From positions 684 to 64,683 of the forward strand of contig JBIOIQ010000002.1 of NCBI GenBank assembly GCA_044449985.1: a stretch of DNA of 64,000 nt, given 5' to 3'. A program made the position numbers and the translations under genes. Within the stretch, counting starts at the first letter, position 1. The number at the start of each line of letters is the position of its first letter. Shown piece by piece: positions 54,780-64,000 of the stretch. This DNA is from Candidatus Saccharimonadia bacterium (GTDB lineage Bacteria; Patescibacteriota; Saccharimonadia; UBA4664; JBIOIQ01). The notes below the pieces were generated by a model, which made no database searches, was not told the origin of the DNA, and saw only the letters and a program-made list of their open reading frames with translations.

Positions 54780-57700
54780 TTAAACAGATTCCGAAACTGT
54801 AGTCAATGCTTCGTCTTCTGGAATTGGTTTGTTTGCAAGACTTTGACTAAGTTGTCCGTCGGCGTCTCGGAAGCCAGTTCCGACCGGTATTAAGCGTCCA
54901 ATGATCACGTTTTCTTTTAATCCTCGCAATCGATCAACTTTACCCTTAGTAGCAGCATTTATGAGTACGCGAGTGGTATCTTGGAAGCTAGCAGCCGAAA
55001 GGAATGAATCGCTGGAAAGAGAAATCTTCGAAACTCCAAGAAGAAGTTGCGTGTAAGTTGCAATATTTTTGTTAGCAGCTTGTAGTTCCCGATTATCCTC
55101 AACCACGGCTACTTTACTGACAATATCGCCGCTGACGTAGAGACTGTTACCCGGTTCTTCAATCTGGACTCGAGAGAACATTTGTCGAATAACTACTTCA
55201 ATATGTTTGTCTGAAATAGGCTGACCTTGCGAAGCGTAAATTGATTGCACTTCAGCCACAATATAGCGTTGGACCGCCGGTTCACCTAAGAGTTGGAGCA
55301 TTTCCTGGAGATTAATCGATCCTTCGGTCAGTCGCTGACCAACTGTTACCAAATCGCCATTGCTAACTTCTAAGGTTTGGTAACTTGGGACGCTGTATTC
55401 CCGATCATTACCGCCCGTATGGGTGAGTAAAATCTTGTCTTTAGTAACTTTTACACTGCCTTCAGCTTTTGCTTTTAAGGCATGCTTTCCGTTGGCATCG
55501 GCGGCTATAATGTCACCCACTAAGACTTTTTCGCCTGATTTTACGACGGCTTTTCGCTCACCGAGCTCATATTCGGTTGTTTTTAAGTCAGCTGGCGTAA
55601 TGTGTACTATATGTTTACCGGGAGCATCTTTAATCGTTACAACACCAACGGCTTCAGACAAAACAGCTTGTCCCTTTGGATTTCTGGCTTCAAAGATTTC
55701 TTCGACCCGAGGAAGTCCAGTGGTAATATCTTCTCCTGCCACTCCACCTTTATGAAAAGTCTTCATAGTTAATTGAGTACCAGGTTCGCCGATTGATTGG
55801 GCCGCAATTACACCAACTGGTTCTCCAAGTTTGACCATGTGGCCACGGGCAAGATCTAGGCCGTAACATTTTTGGCAAATCCCCCAGAAAGTTCGACATT
55901 TTAATACGCTTCGAACTTTTACGGCGTCGGTTTCGGATTCATTGATCTTGGCCGCATTTTCATCGCTGATCATTTCACCAAGCTTAACAATGGTTTTTCC
56001 ATCAAGCTTGAGATCCGCAGTTGTCACGCGACCACTCAAGCGGTAAGCAAAGCTTTCCCCAATTGCTTCAGACTCGTTTCTGGTAACCGTTACACCTTCA
56101 GTATCACCACAATCTGCTTCAGTGATAATGACGTCTTGCGCCACATCAACCAGGCGCCGAGTCAGATAGCCTGATTCGGCAGTTTTGAGTGCCGTATCGG
56201 TAAGCCCTTTGCGAGCACCATGGGTCGAGTTGAAGTATTCTAGAACGGAGAAGCCTTCCTTATAGTTACTTTTGATCGGAAGTTCAATCGTGCGACCGGC
56301 TGGATCCGCCACTAACCCGAGCATACCGGCCATTTGGTTTACTTGCGACAAGTCGCCACGGGCACCGGAATCTATGAAAATATTGGTGCTCGTAGGGTGC
56401 GCTTTTAACGCCGCCTCAAGAGATGCAGCAATCTTTATGTTGGCATCTTTCCAGGTATCAACTGTCCGTTCGTAACGCTCTTCTTCGGTCATGAAACCCT
56501 GGTCATATTGTTTAGAAATTCCAACCGCTAATTTTTCACTTGCTTCGATGATTTCGTGCTTATCCTCTGGAATTACAAAATCATCAAGCCCGACTGATAC
56601 TCCGGACTTAGTAGCCTGTTTAAAGCCAAGATCCTTAATATTATCGACTACGCCCGCAGTGACTTCGGAGCCAAATTTTACAAATATTTCAGCTACCAGA
56701 CCCTGCAAGGCTTTTTTGGTCATGGTTTCGTTTCGGAAGTTAATACCTTCCGGTAAGATTTCATTAAACAAAATTCGACCAACTGTAGTCTCAATGACTG
56801 AACCTTCGATCATGACGCTAACTTTGGTCTGAAGTTTAACAAGACCCGTGTCGTAGGCATAGATTGCTTCATTCGGGCTTGCAAAACGTTTAGCTGGCTT
56901 ATCCTGGGCAAACTTCTCATATGTCATGTAGTAACAACCTAGGACCATATCCTGATTTGGATTAACTACGGTTGCACCATCAGCCGGCTTTAACAAGTTT
57001 TTAGTAGCAAGCATGATCTCTTTTGCTTCGCGTTGAGCCGCATCAGATAACGGGACGTGTACGGCCATCTGATCTCCGTCGAAGTCAGCATTAAAGGCGG
57101 TACAGACCAGTGGATGAAGTTGGATGGCCTTACCTTCGATTAAAATAGGTTGAAATGCCTGAATACCAAGCCGATGTAAAGTTGGAGCCCGATTGAGTAA
57201 AACGTATTTATCGGCGATTATCTCTTCAAGGGCATCCCAAACTTCGTTTCTGCCCCGTTCAATCATGCGTGAAGCCGACTTCACGTTATGAGCTAGTTCC
57301 AGTTCAATCAGCCTTCCTATAATGAATGGCTTGAATAATTCAAGTGCCATCATTTTCGGGAGTCCACACTGATAGAGTTTGAGGTTAGGACCGGATACAA
57401 TAACGGATCGTCCGGAGTAATCTACGCGTTTTCCTAATAAGTTTTGACGAAATCGCCCTTGTTTGCCTTTTAGCATGTCCGACAAACTTTTCAGTTTTCG
57501 GCGCACCCCAGTTGAACTGACCGCCCGTTCACGTCTGGCGTTATTATCGATAAGAGCGTCAACTGCTTCTTGTAGCATCCGCTTCTCATTACGTTGGATA
57601 ACTTCTGGCGCATCAAGCTCAATCAGACGTTTTAAGCGATTATTTCGATTAATGACCCGTCGATATAAGTCGTTGAGATCCGAGGCAGCAAATCTGCCGC

Positions 57701-58637
57701 CAGCAAGTTGAACCATAGGTCGGAGGTCCGGGGGAATAACCGGTAGCTGAGTAATTACCATCCAGTCGGGCCTGATACTGGCTGTTTTCATACCTTCCAG
57801 CATTTTTAAGCGCTTAAAAGTTTTCTTTCTCTTTTGACCCTGGCTCTCTTCGGCCTCTTTCGCTAAAGATTCCACCATAGCATCAAGATCAACAGATTCG
57901 AGAAGTTTTTGGATGGCTTCAGCGCCGATTCCGGCCTTGAACATTTTCCCGTGTCGAGATGATAAATCTCGGTACTTGCTTTCGGATAGGAGCTGCAGTC
58001 TTGTTAGGCCTTCGATTTCAGCTTTATTTGTAGAATAGGTTGCATCGAGTTCGGCCAGAGCGCTGGTTTGCGCAGCCGCAACGGCTTTTAGGTCTGAATC
58101 TGCTGCACCGGCGCGTTCTTCGTGTTGGGCGATTATTTCTGCCCGAGATTTCTCATGCTCAGATATTAATTCTTGCAGTACTTGCTTTCTCACTTCATCA
58201 TCAATGCTCATGACGACATAATTTGCAAAATAGACGACTCGTTCAAGATCTCTAATGCTCATATTCAATATGAGCCCGATACTCGACGGAGTGCCACGTA
58301 AAAACCATATATGACTGACCGGAACGGCTAGAGTAATATGACCCATCCGTTCTCGTCGGACAATACTACGAGTAACTCGGACCCCACACTTATCACAAAC
58401 TACATCTTTATAGCGGATTCGCTTGTACTTACCACAATAACATTCCCAATCTTTTGTTGGGCCAAAAATCTTCTCGCAGAAGAGACCATCTTTTTCAGGT
58501 TTTTGCGTCCGGTAATTTATTGTTTCCGGCTTTGTTACTTCACCATGAGACCATTCAAGTATCTGTTCTGGTGATGCTAGCGAAAGTCGAACCGCATCGA
58601 ATTCGCTGGTTTGCTGTTCTATTGGCATATCATTCAT
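54780..58637 (-). CDS. rpoC: DNA-directed RNA polymerase subunit beta-prime
   Basis: 1285 aa with a zinc finger ([20 protein letters not shown]), the NADFDGD catalytic loop and a trigger-loop region. Confidence 0.98.
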   Translation of the reverse strand: MNDMPIEQQTSEFDAVRLSLASPEQILEWSHGEVTKPETINYRTQKPEKDGLFCEKIFGPTKDWECYCGKYKRIRYKDVVCDKCGVRVTRSIVRRERMGHITLAVPVSHIWFLRGTPSSIGLILNMSIRDLERVVYFANYVVMSIDDEVRKQVLQELISEHEKSRAEIIAQHEERAGAADSDLKAVAAAQTSALAELDATYSTNKAEIEGLTRLQLLSESKYRDLSSRHGKMFKAGIGAEAIQKLLESVDLDAMVESLAKEAEESQGQKRKKTFKRLKMLEGMKTASIRPDWMVITQLPVIPPDLRPMVQLAGGRFAASDLNDLYRRVINRNNRLKRLIELDAPEVIQRNEKRMLQEAVDALIDNNARRERAVSSTGVRRKLKSLSDMLKGKQGRFRQNLLGKRVDYSGRSVIVSGPNLKLYQCGLPKMMALELFKPFIIGRLIELELAHNVKSASRMIERGRNEVWDALEEIIADKYVLLNRAPTLHRLGIQAFQPILIEGKAIQLHPLVCTAFNADFDGDQMAVHVPLSDAAQREAKEIMLATKNLLKPADGATVVNPNQDMVLGCYYMTYEKFAQDKPAKRFASPNEAIYAYDTGLVKLQTKVSVMIEGSVIETTVGRILFNEILPEGINFRNETMTKKALQGLVAEIFVKFGSEVTAGVVDNIKDLGFKQATKSGVSVGLDDFVIPEDKHEIIEASEKLAVGISKQYDQGFMTEEERYERTVDTWKDANIKIAASLEAALKAHPTSTNIFIDSGARGDLSQVNQMAGMLGLVADPAGRTIELPIKSNYKEGFSVLEYFNSTHGARKGLTDTALKTAESGYLTRRLVDVAQDVIITEADCGDTEGVTVTRNESEAIGESFAYRLSGRVTTADLKLDGKTIVKLGEMISDENAAKINESETDAVKVRSVLKCRTFWGICQKCYGLDLARGHMVKLGEPVGVIAAQSIGEPGTQLTMKTFHKGGVAGEDITTGLPRVEEIFEARNPKGQAVLSEAVGVVTIKDAPGKHIVHITPADLKTTEYELGERKAVVKSGEKVLVGDIIAADANGKHALKAKAEGSVKVTKDKILLTHTGGNDREYSVPSYQTLEVSNGDLVTVGQRLTEGSINLQEMLQLLGEPAVQRYIVAEVQSIYASQGQPISDKHIEVVIRQMFSRVQIEEPGNSLYVSGDIVSKVAVVEDNRELQAANKNIATYTQLLLGVSKISLSSDSFLSAASFQDTTRVLINAATKGKVDRLRGLKENVIIGRLIPVGTGFRDADGQLSQSLANKPIPEDEALTTVSESV

Positions 58638-58639
58638 CT

Positions 58640-61600
58640 TTAGGCCTCGTCTTCTATTAAGGGAGCAGCTTCTTCGCCACGTTCCGCCATTGCTTCAAAT
58701 TCACTTTCTTCCCCGCCAGCAAGATCAACCAGGGGCATGTTTGCGACTGCATCGCCGACAACTAAAGGTTCTCCACCCAAGTCTTCAACTTCTGCCGCAA
58801 GTTGGGTTGAAATTACTTCTTCCGCATCAACTTCGTCTTCGACATTTTCATGTTCTTTAATAAGCTCTACGCCAAGTCCAAGACTTTGAAGCTCTTTAAC
58901 GAGCACATTAAACGATTCAGGTATTCTTGGCCCGCGTATTTCTTCGTTCTTAATGATAGCTTCGTAAGCCTTCGAGCGCCCGACGACATCATCTGATTTA
59001 ATGGTGAGTATTTCTTGCAATGTATTGGCCGCCCCATAAGCTTCAAGCGCCCAAACTTCCATCTCGCCGAATCTTTGACCACCCATTTGGGCTTTTCCAC
59101 CGAGAGGTTGCTGAGTAACCATGGCGTATGGACCGGTTGATCGCGCATGTATTTTATCATCAACCATGTGATGAAGCTTCAACATATACTTATATCCAAC
59201 TGTAGTTCGCTCTTGGAACGGTTCACCAGTATGACCATCATATAACTGGACTTTACCATCTTCTGGAAGACCGGCTTTTTTGAGCTCTTCTTTAATTTGT
59301 TCTACAGTAATTCCACCAAATACTGGGCTCGCTACAGTATATCCAAGGGTATGGGCAGCCCAACCTAAGTGAGTTTCAAAGATTTGACCTATGTTCATTC
59401 GTGCACCCACGCCAAGAGGATTTAAACAAATATCAACAGGCGTACCATCTTCTAGATATGGCATATCTTCGACTGGCAATATTCTCGCTATGACGCCTTT
59501 ATTTCCATGTCGACCGGCCATTTTATCGCCAACACTGATCTTTCTCATCTGGGCAACTGATACGTGGAGTTGTTCGATAACACCGGCTGGAAGTTCGTCG
59601 CCGTTGTCCCGACTAAATATTTTGACACCGACAACTTTTCCGGTTTCGCCGTTTGGCATTCGCAGACTCGTATCTTTAACGTCACGGGCCTTTTCGCCAA
59701 ATATTGCGCGGAGTAATTTTTCCTCGCTAGACAATTCTTGTTCACCTTTGGGAGTAATTTTTCCGACCAGAATATCACCGGCACGGACTTCCGCACCAAT
59801 CCGAACAATACCGGACTCGTCGAGATCTTTGAGACTTTCTTCAGAGACATTTGCAATATCACGCGTAATGACTTCCGGCCCTAACTTCGTATCTCTGACG
59901 TCAACAGTATAAGTTTCAATATGGATTGAGGTATAGCGGTCATCTTGGACTAATCGTCTGCTTATGACAATAGCGTCTTCGTAGTTATAGCCACCCCAAT
60001 TCATGAAAGCGACTAGCACGTTCTGGCCAAGAGCTAGCTCTCCATTCTGGGTACTCATTCCATCAATTAGAACATCGCCTTTTTTAATGGTTTCGCCCCC
60101 TTCGACAACAGTTTTTTGATGGATACTCGTCCCGACATTACTACGCACGAAATTAAGAAGCTCGTAGGTCTTACTTTCACCATTCTTATAAGTAACGCTG
60201 ACTGCGCTCGCAGTCGCAGAGTCGACAATACCATCATGCTCGGCTAGAATTACCTGTCCAGAATCTTTGGCAACTACCCCTTCCATGCCGGTTCCTACGA
60301 TCGGAGCTTGAGGCCTGACTAATGCGACAGCCTGCTTTTGCATATTCGCGCCCATCAAAGCCCGCCTGGCATAGTCGTGTTCAAGAAACGGAATTAGTGC
60401 AGCAGAAACAGAAACTATCTGTCGAGACGAAACGTCCATATACTGTACATTATTTGCTGATTCTTCTTCAGCTTCACCACTACGACGAACCGCCACACGA
60501 TCTTCAACAAAATATCCATCTTTGTTGATCTCGGTATTGGCTTGGGTAATAACTAAGCCTTCCTCGTCAGAAGCGTCCAAATACACAATTTTTGACGTAA
60601 CCTTAGCTTTAACAGGGATTTTTTCTTTCTCAAGCTTGAGTAAGCTTTTAACATGGCTAGCGGTAATTTTATCGCCAGGCCTAACAATTTCTTTGCCATC
60701 AGCTGATTTTATCGTAGTTCTTGCAATATGGCCCTCCGCATCAGCAGGAGCGATTTCATTGATGACCAGGCGATAGGGTGTCTCGATAAAGCCGTATTCA
60801 TTGACTTTGGCATAACTGGCTAGATTTGAAACCAATCCAATATTGGGTCCTTCGGGGGTTTCAATCGGGCACATTCGCCCATAATGAGTTTTATGAACGT
60901 CACGAACTTCAAAGCCAGCTCGTTCTCTCGACAGTCCACCAGGGCCCATCGCATTGAGGCGACGCTTGTGAACAGTTTCAGCGAGCGGATTAATCTGATC
61001 CATAAATTGTGAAAGTTGTGAACTGGCAAAAAACTCTCGGACACTGGCAACAATTGGTCGGACATTGATGAGTTGGCCGGGCGTAACAGTGGTAGAGTCG
61101 TACACGCTCATTCTATCTTTGACGATTCTTTCCATTCGGAGCAAACCAACCCGAAACTTACCTTGAATGAGCTCACCAACCATTTTTAGCCTGCGATTGG
61201 CCAAGTTATCGATATCGTCGGCGGGACCTTGATTGTTGTATAGGCGAATAATTTCTCGGACTATTTCAACAAGATCTTCACGCCTGAGCACTCGATATTC
61301 AAGGGTGTTAGGAATATTTTCGCCCAATCGCTTGTTTAGCTTATAACGGCCAACTTTAGATAAATCATATCGTTTTGGGTCAAAGAACATGGCTTCGATA
61401 AGAGCTTTTGAATTATCAACGGTCGCTAGATCACCTGGACGAATTCGACGATACACTTCCATTAAGGCTTCACTCATGCTGCTCGAAGGATCTTTGTCGA
61501 GGGTCTCATTAATAAGTTTAAGTTCGCCCGTATCGACATCTTTAAACAGACTACGAATTTCATCATCGGAGCCAAGACCAAAAGCTCGCAGCAGCGTAGT

Positions 61601-62161
61601 GATAGGTAGTTTACGTTTTCGGTCAATTTTAACCGAAATAACACCATTACCACTGGTATCAAGTTCGAGCCAAGCGCCACGACTTGGAATGACTTTTGCG
61701 CCGTAAAGCTCAATACCGCTCGAACTATCAGAGGTGAAAAATACTCCTGGAGAACGAACTAGCTGTGAAACAACTACTCGTTCGACACCATTAATAATAA
61801 AAGTACCGCGTTCGGTCATCCAAGGATAATCACCTAGGAAGATTTCTTGCTCTCTTATCTCTCCGGTTTCTTTGTTAATCAGCTCGACACGAGCCTTGAG
61901 CGGAACTTCATAAGAGATATTTTTAGCTTTAGCTTCACGCTCTGAATACTTTGGGTCCTCAAAATGAAAGTCCTTAAAATATAAGGCAAGATTTTTACCC
62001 GTAAAATCTTCTATCGGGCTCACTTCAGCAAATAATTCTTGCAAACCCTCTTTTACGAACCATTCAAAAGATTGTGTTTGAATTTCAATTAAATTCGGCA
62101 ACGGCAACACTTCGCCGGCCGGTCCCAGATACTTACGAACCGCAGCACCATTTTTGGCCAA
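58640..62161 (-). CDS. rpoB: DNA-directed RNA polymerase subunit beta
   Basis: About 1173 aa from the TTG at 62161, which has AAGGAG 6 nt upstream. The track ORF runs to an ATG at 62218. It has conserved rpoB blocks and an acidic C-terminal tail. Confidence 0.97.
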   Translation of the reverse strand: MAKNGAAVRKYLGPAGEVLPLPNLIEIQTQSFEWFVKEGLQELFAEVSPIEDFTGKNLALYFKDFHFEDPKYSEREAKAKNISYEVPLKARVELINKETGEIREQEIFLGDYPWMTERGTFIINGVERVVVSQLVRSPGVFFTSDSSSGIELYGAKVIPSRGAWLELDTSGNGVISVKIDRKRKLPITTLLRAFGLGSDDEIRSLFKDVDTGELKLINETLDKDPSSSMSEALMEVYRRIRPGDLATVDNSKALIEAMFFDPKRYDLSKVGRYKLNKRLGENIPNTLEYRVLRREDLVEIVREIIRLYNNQGPADDIDNLANRRLKMVGELIQGKFRVGLLRMERIVKDRMSVYDSTTVTPGQLINVRPIVASVREFFASSQLSQFMDQINPLAETVHKRRLNAMGPGGLSRERAGFEVRDVHKTHYGRMCPIETPEGPNIGLVSNLASYAKVNEYGFIETPYRLVINEIAPADAEGHIARTTIKSADGKEIVRPGDKITASHVKSLLKLEKEKIPVKAKVTSKIVYLDASDEEGLVITQANTEINKDGYFVEDRVAVRRSGEAEEESANNVQYMDVSSRQIVSVSAALIPFLEHDYARRALMGANMQKQAVALVRPQAPIVGTGMEGVVAKDSGQVILAEHDGIVDSATASAVSVTYKNGESKTYELLNFVRSNVGTSIHQKTVVEGGETIKKGDVLIDGMSTQNGELALGQNVLVAFMNWGGYNYEDAIVISRRLVQDDRYTSIHIETYTVDVRDTKLGPEVITRDIANVSEESLKDLDESGIVRIGAEVRAGDILVGKITPKGEQELSSEEKLLRAIFGEKARDVKDTSLRMPNGETGKVVGVKIFSRDNGDELPAGVIEQLHVSVAQMRKISVGDKMAGRHGNKGVIARILPVEDMPYLEDGTPVDICLNPLGVGARMNIGQIFETHLGWAAHTLGYTVASPVFGGITVEQIKEELKKAGLPEDGKVQLYDGHTGEPFQERTTVGYKYMLKLHHMVDDKIHARSTGPYAMVTQQPLGGKAQMGGQRFGEMEVWALEAYGAANTLQEILTIKSDDVVGRSKAYEAIIKNEEIRGPRIPESFNVLVKELQSLGLGVELIKEHENVEDEVDAEEVISTQLAAEVEDLGGEPLVVGDAVANMPLVDLAGGEESEFEAMAERGEEAAPLIEDEA

Positions 62162-62387
62162 AACAGACTCCTTTATTAAGTCGCATGGTATGTGCCGTAT
62201 CACCAGTTTCCAAGTCATTAACTGATGGCGAGGCGCAAACTCATGCTGTTAAACGTAATACGTGACTTCAGGAGGTTTTTCTAAATCGATCTTTACTTCT
62301 ATGGTAGCAATCGTACCAAACACGTAAAACCAGGGAGTTACACTTTCCCTAGTTTGATTTAAGCATCCTCGTGTTAATAATCATCGC

Positions 62388-63671
62388 TTAGTTACGCTTA
62401 AGTGTCAATACCCTTTCGGGTAAATTTGCAGCTTGAGTAAATGCGAATAACCAAACAAAAACTCCGACTATGATAATTACCTTGGTCACACTCAGTAAAT
62501 CCGCCAGAACCCCAGCGAAAAGCACCGGTACCGTGGCAGCCACGTTTATCATAGTATAAAGTACACCGAAAATCGTACCTCGCATTTTTTCTTCACTCAT
62601 TTCGTGCAACAGAGTTTGGGCCGAGACGCTTATCACTGAAACTGTAATTCCCAATATAAAGAGAATTACGGCAACAATATGTTCAACCTGATATGGCGTA
62701 GCCAGCGGGTGATTATTGACGATTCGGTAAAGTTGTCCGGTGAGGCCAAAGAGAATTAATCCTGCTCCTGCGATCACGAGTCCAGTTTTTACAAGAATGG
62801 TTTTTTGGACTCTTTTCGACAAGTAACCAACAACTGCCACGCCAACAAGCATCCCGAAGCTCGCCGGCAGCACTAAGTATAGGCTCGCAACTTGTAAGGG
62901 TTGCCTAAATAGGGCAAGTGATAGCGCTGGAGCTAACGTTAAAATTACACTAATAACACCCTGGACAAACATTAGTTGCAAGATTGGAAATCGCAAATTT
63001 GGATCGCTAAATACCAGTTTTCTACCGGTTTTAAGATCAGTCTGGGTTAATTTCCAAAGCTTAGCGAAACTCACATTTTTGGATTTTCTTCCACCTAGAC
63101 TTGGCAAAAATAACGCTAAAAGTGTCGCCAATCCGAAGAAAGCCGAGGCTAAATAATAGGGAGCTTGGGAGCCTAATAAATTAATGACCGGCGCAGATGC
63201 CGAATAACCTATAATAAATGTTGCATAAAAAGTAGTCACGAACAGAGCATTGGCTTTTACTAAATTATCGGCTTTTGAAACAATTGGAATACTCGCAGCT
63301 TCGGCTGGAGCAAAAAATTGAGTGGCAGTTGAAATAATAAACGTTGTTGCGAGTACTAGAAGAAGGTTGTGCTCAAAAAACAAAAAACCTAAAACTAGTA
63401 TCGTTCGCAAAAAATTCGATACAACTAGCACGCGCTTTCGGTCCCAATGATCAACATATACTCCAGCCAGCGATGAAAACAATATTGCCGGGATACCAAA
63501 TGACAAGATTAATAGTGCGACCGAAATGTTCGCGAACCTGCCATTTTGAGTAATTTCAAAAATCCTAATAACAAGTGCGAAATTAACGAGGTTTTGTGCG
63601 GTCAAAGACATGATCTGTGAAGACCAAAGTTTCACAAAGTTTTTATCTTTGACAACTTCAATATAACTCAA
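62388..63671 (-). CDS. MFS transporter
   Basis: 427 aa with about 12 TM helices and a loop 2-3 motif (GVYVDHWDRKRV). Confidence 0.85.
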   Translation of the reverse strand: MSYIEVVKDKNFVKLWSSQIMSLTAQNLVNFALVIRIFEITQNGRFANISVALLILSFGIPAILFSSLAGVYVDHWDRKRVLVVSNFLRTILVLGFLFFEHNLLLVLATTFIISTATQFFAPAEAASIPIVSKADNLVKANALFVTTFYATFIIGYSASAPVINLLGSQAPYYLASAFFGLATLLALFLPSLGGRKSKNVSFAKLWKLTQTDLKTGRKLVFSDPNLRFPILQLMFVQGVISVILTLAPALSLALFRQPLQVASLYLVLPASFGMLVGVAVVGYLSKRVQKTILVKTGLVIAGAGLILFGLTGQLYRIVNNHPLATPYQVEHIVAVILFILGITVSVISVSAQTLLHEMSEEKMRGTIFGVLYTMINVAATVPVLFAGVLADLLSVTKVIIIVGVFVWLFAFTQAANLPERVLTLKRN

Positions 63672-63735
63672 ACGACATAGTCTCCATTGACTACCTTATA
63701 TTACACAAGTATAAGCACTTTGTCTGGGTAGACTA

Positions 63736-64000
63736 TCAAACTTTTCGCGACATGATTGCATCTACCAGTCCGTATTCTTTTGCTTCTTCGGCACTCATGT
63801 AGAAATCGCGATCGGTGTCACGATTTATTCGTTCAATTGGTTGAGATGTGTGTTTAGCAAGAATTGCCTCAAGATTTTGCCGAGTTTCAAGTGCTTGTTT
63901 AGCAGAAATCTCTATATCTGCCGTGGTGCCCTGAAAACCTGAAGATGGCTGATGGATCATAACCTTTGAATTGGGAAGCGCAAAGCGTTTGCCTTTCGCC
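63736..64000 (-). CDS. clpP: ATP-dependent Clp protease proteolytic subunit, C-terminal part only (gene continues past the window end)
   Basis: The frame is open to nt 64000. The sequence reads ...[31 protein letters not shown]..., the ClpP His-region. Confidence 0.9.
   Translation of the reverse strand, partial: AKGKRFALPNSKVMIHQPSSGFQGTTADIEISAKQALETRQNLEAILAKHTSQPIERINRDTDRDFYMSAEEAKEYGLVDAIMSRKV

Noticed and set aside
59391-59912. A 173-aa plus-strand ORF antisense to rpoB. Similar antisense ORFs occur in rpoC, fusA, dnaX, the GT-C gene and the ribosomal protein genes (for example 55423..55755, 56491..56832, 52669..53025, 3350..3730).
   Set aside because: These ORFs lie entirely within strongly supported minus-strand genes. 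They have low-complexity Ser/Pro/Arg-rich translations typical of shadow ORFs, with no start-site signals.

Overview
This is a gene-dense core-genome segment, almost entirely on the minus strand, with many 1-nt (TAATG) and 4-nt (ATGA) stop/start overlaps. It most likely comes from a small-genome Patescibacteria/CPR bacterium, probably Saccharibacteria-like. That placement is an inference from four observations: there is no rpmD (L30) between rpsE and rplO, AspRS is a 439-aa archaeal-type enzyme, ThyX is a fused double domain, and one surface protein carries a sortase-type signal. My spot counts of GC on single 60-nt lines give about 42-50% for most of the window.

Reading along the minus strand (high to low coordinates) the content is:
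- clpP (partial), an MFS transporter, then rpoB-rpoC-rpsL-rpsG-[DUF296 gene]-fusA-[690-nt spacer]-tuf-rpsJ.
- A ~10.3 kb block of non-ribosomal genes.
- rplC through rplO, then secY-infA-rpmJ-rpsM-rpsK-rpsD-rpoA-rplQ-rplM-rpsI.
- An RCK-domain channel-like protein, rluD-like, holB and a TPR protein.
- tRNA-Thr/Tyr/Thr, a small PspC-domain gene, rpmG and tRNA-Trp.
- A few hypothetical or envelope genes, plus aspS on the plus strand.
- secE-nusG-rplK-rplA, a dcd-tmk-thyX-Nudix module, then rplJ-rplL.
- A repeat-containing hypothetical, dnaX, dnaB and a GtrA/GT2/GT-C glycosylation cluster.

I found no rRNA, CRISPR array, transposase or integrase. I did not find one clear-cut novel system.

The stretches most worth a second look are:
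- The accessory block that splits rpsJ from rplC, and especially its DinB-paralogue-bracketed cassette holding a two-nuclease-domain DUF2779 protein, an AT-rich methyltransferase and surface proteins.
- The fusA-tuf spacer, which has a ~95-nt hairpin and two unannotated small ORFs.
- The deoxypyrimidine module inserted between rplA and rplJ.
- Several structured leaders.

All promoter, terminator and leader calls come from reading the sequence by eye and are lower confidence than the CDS and tRNA calls.
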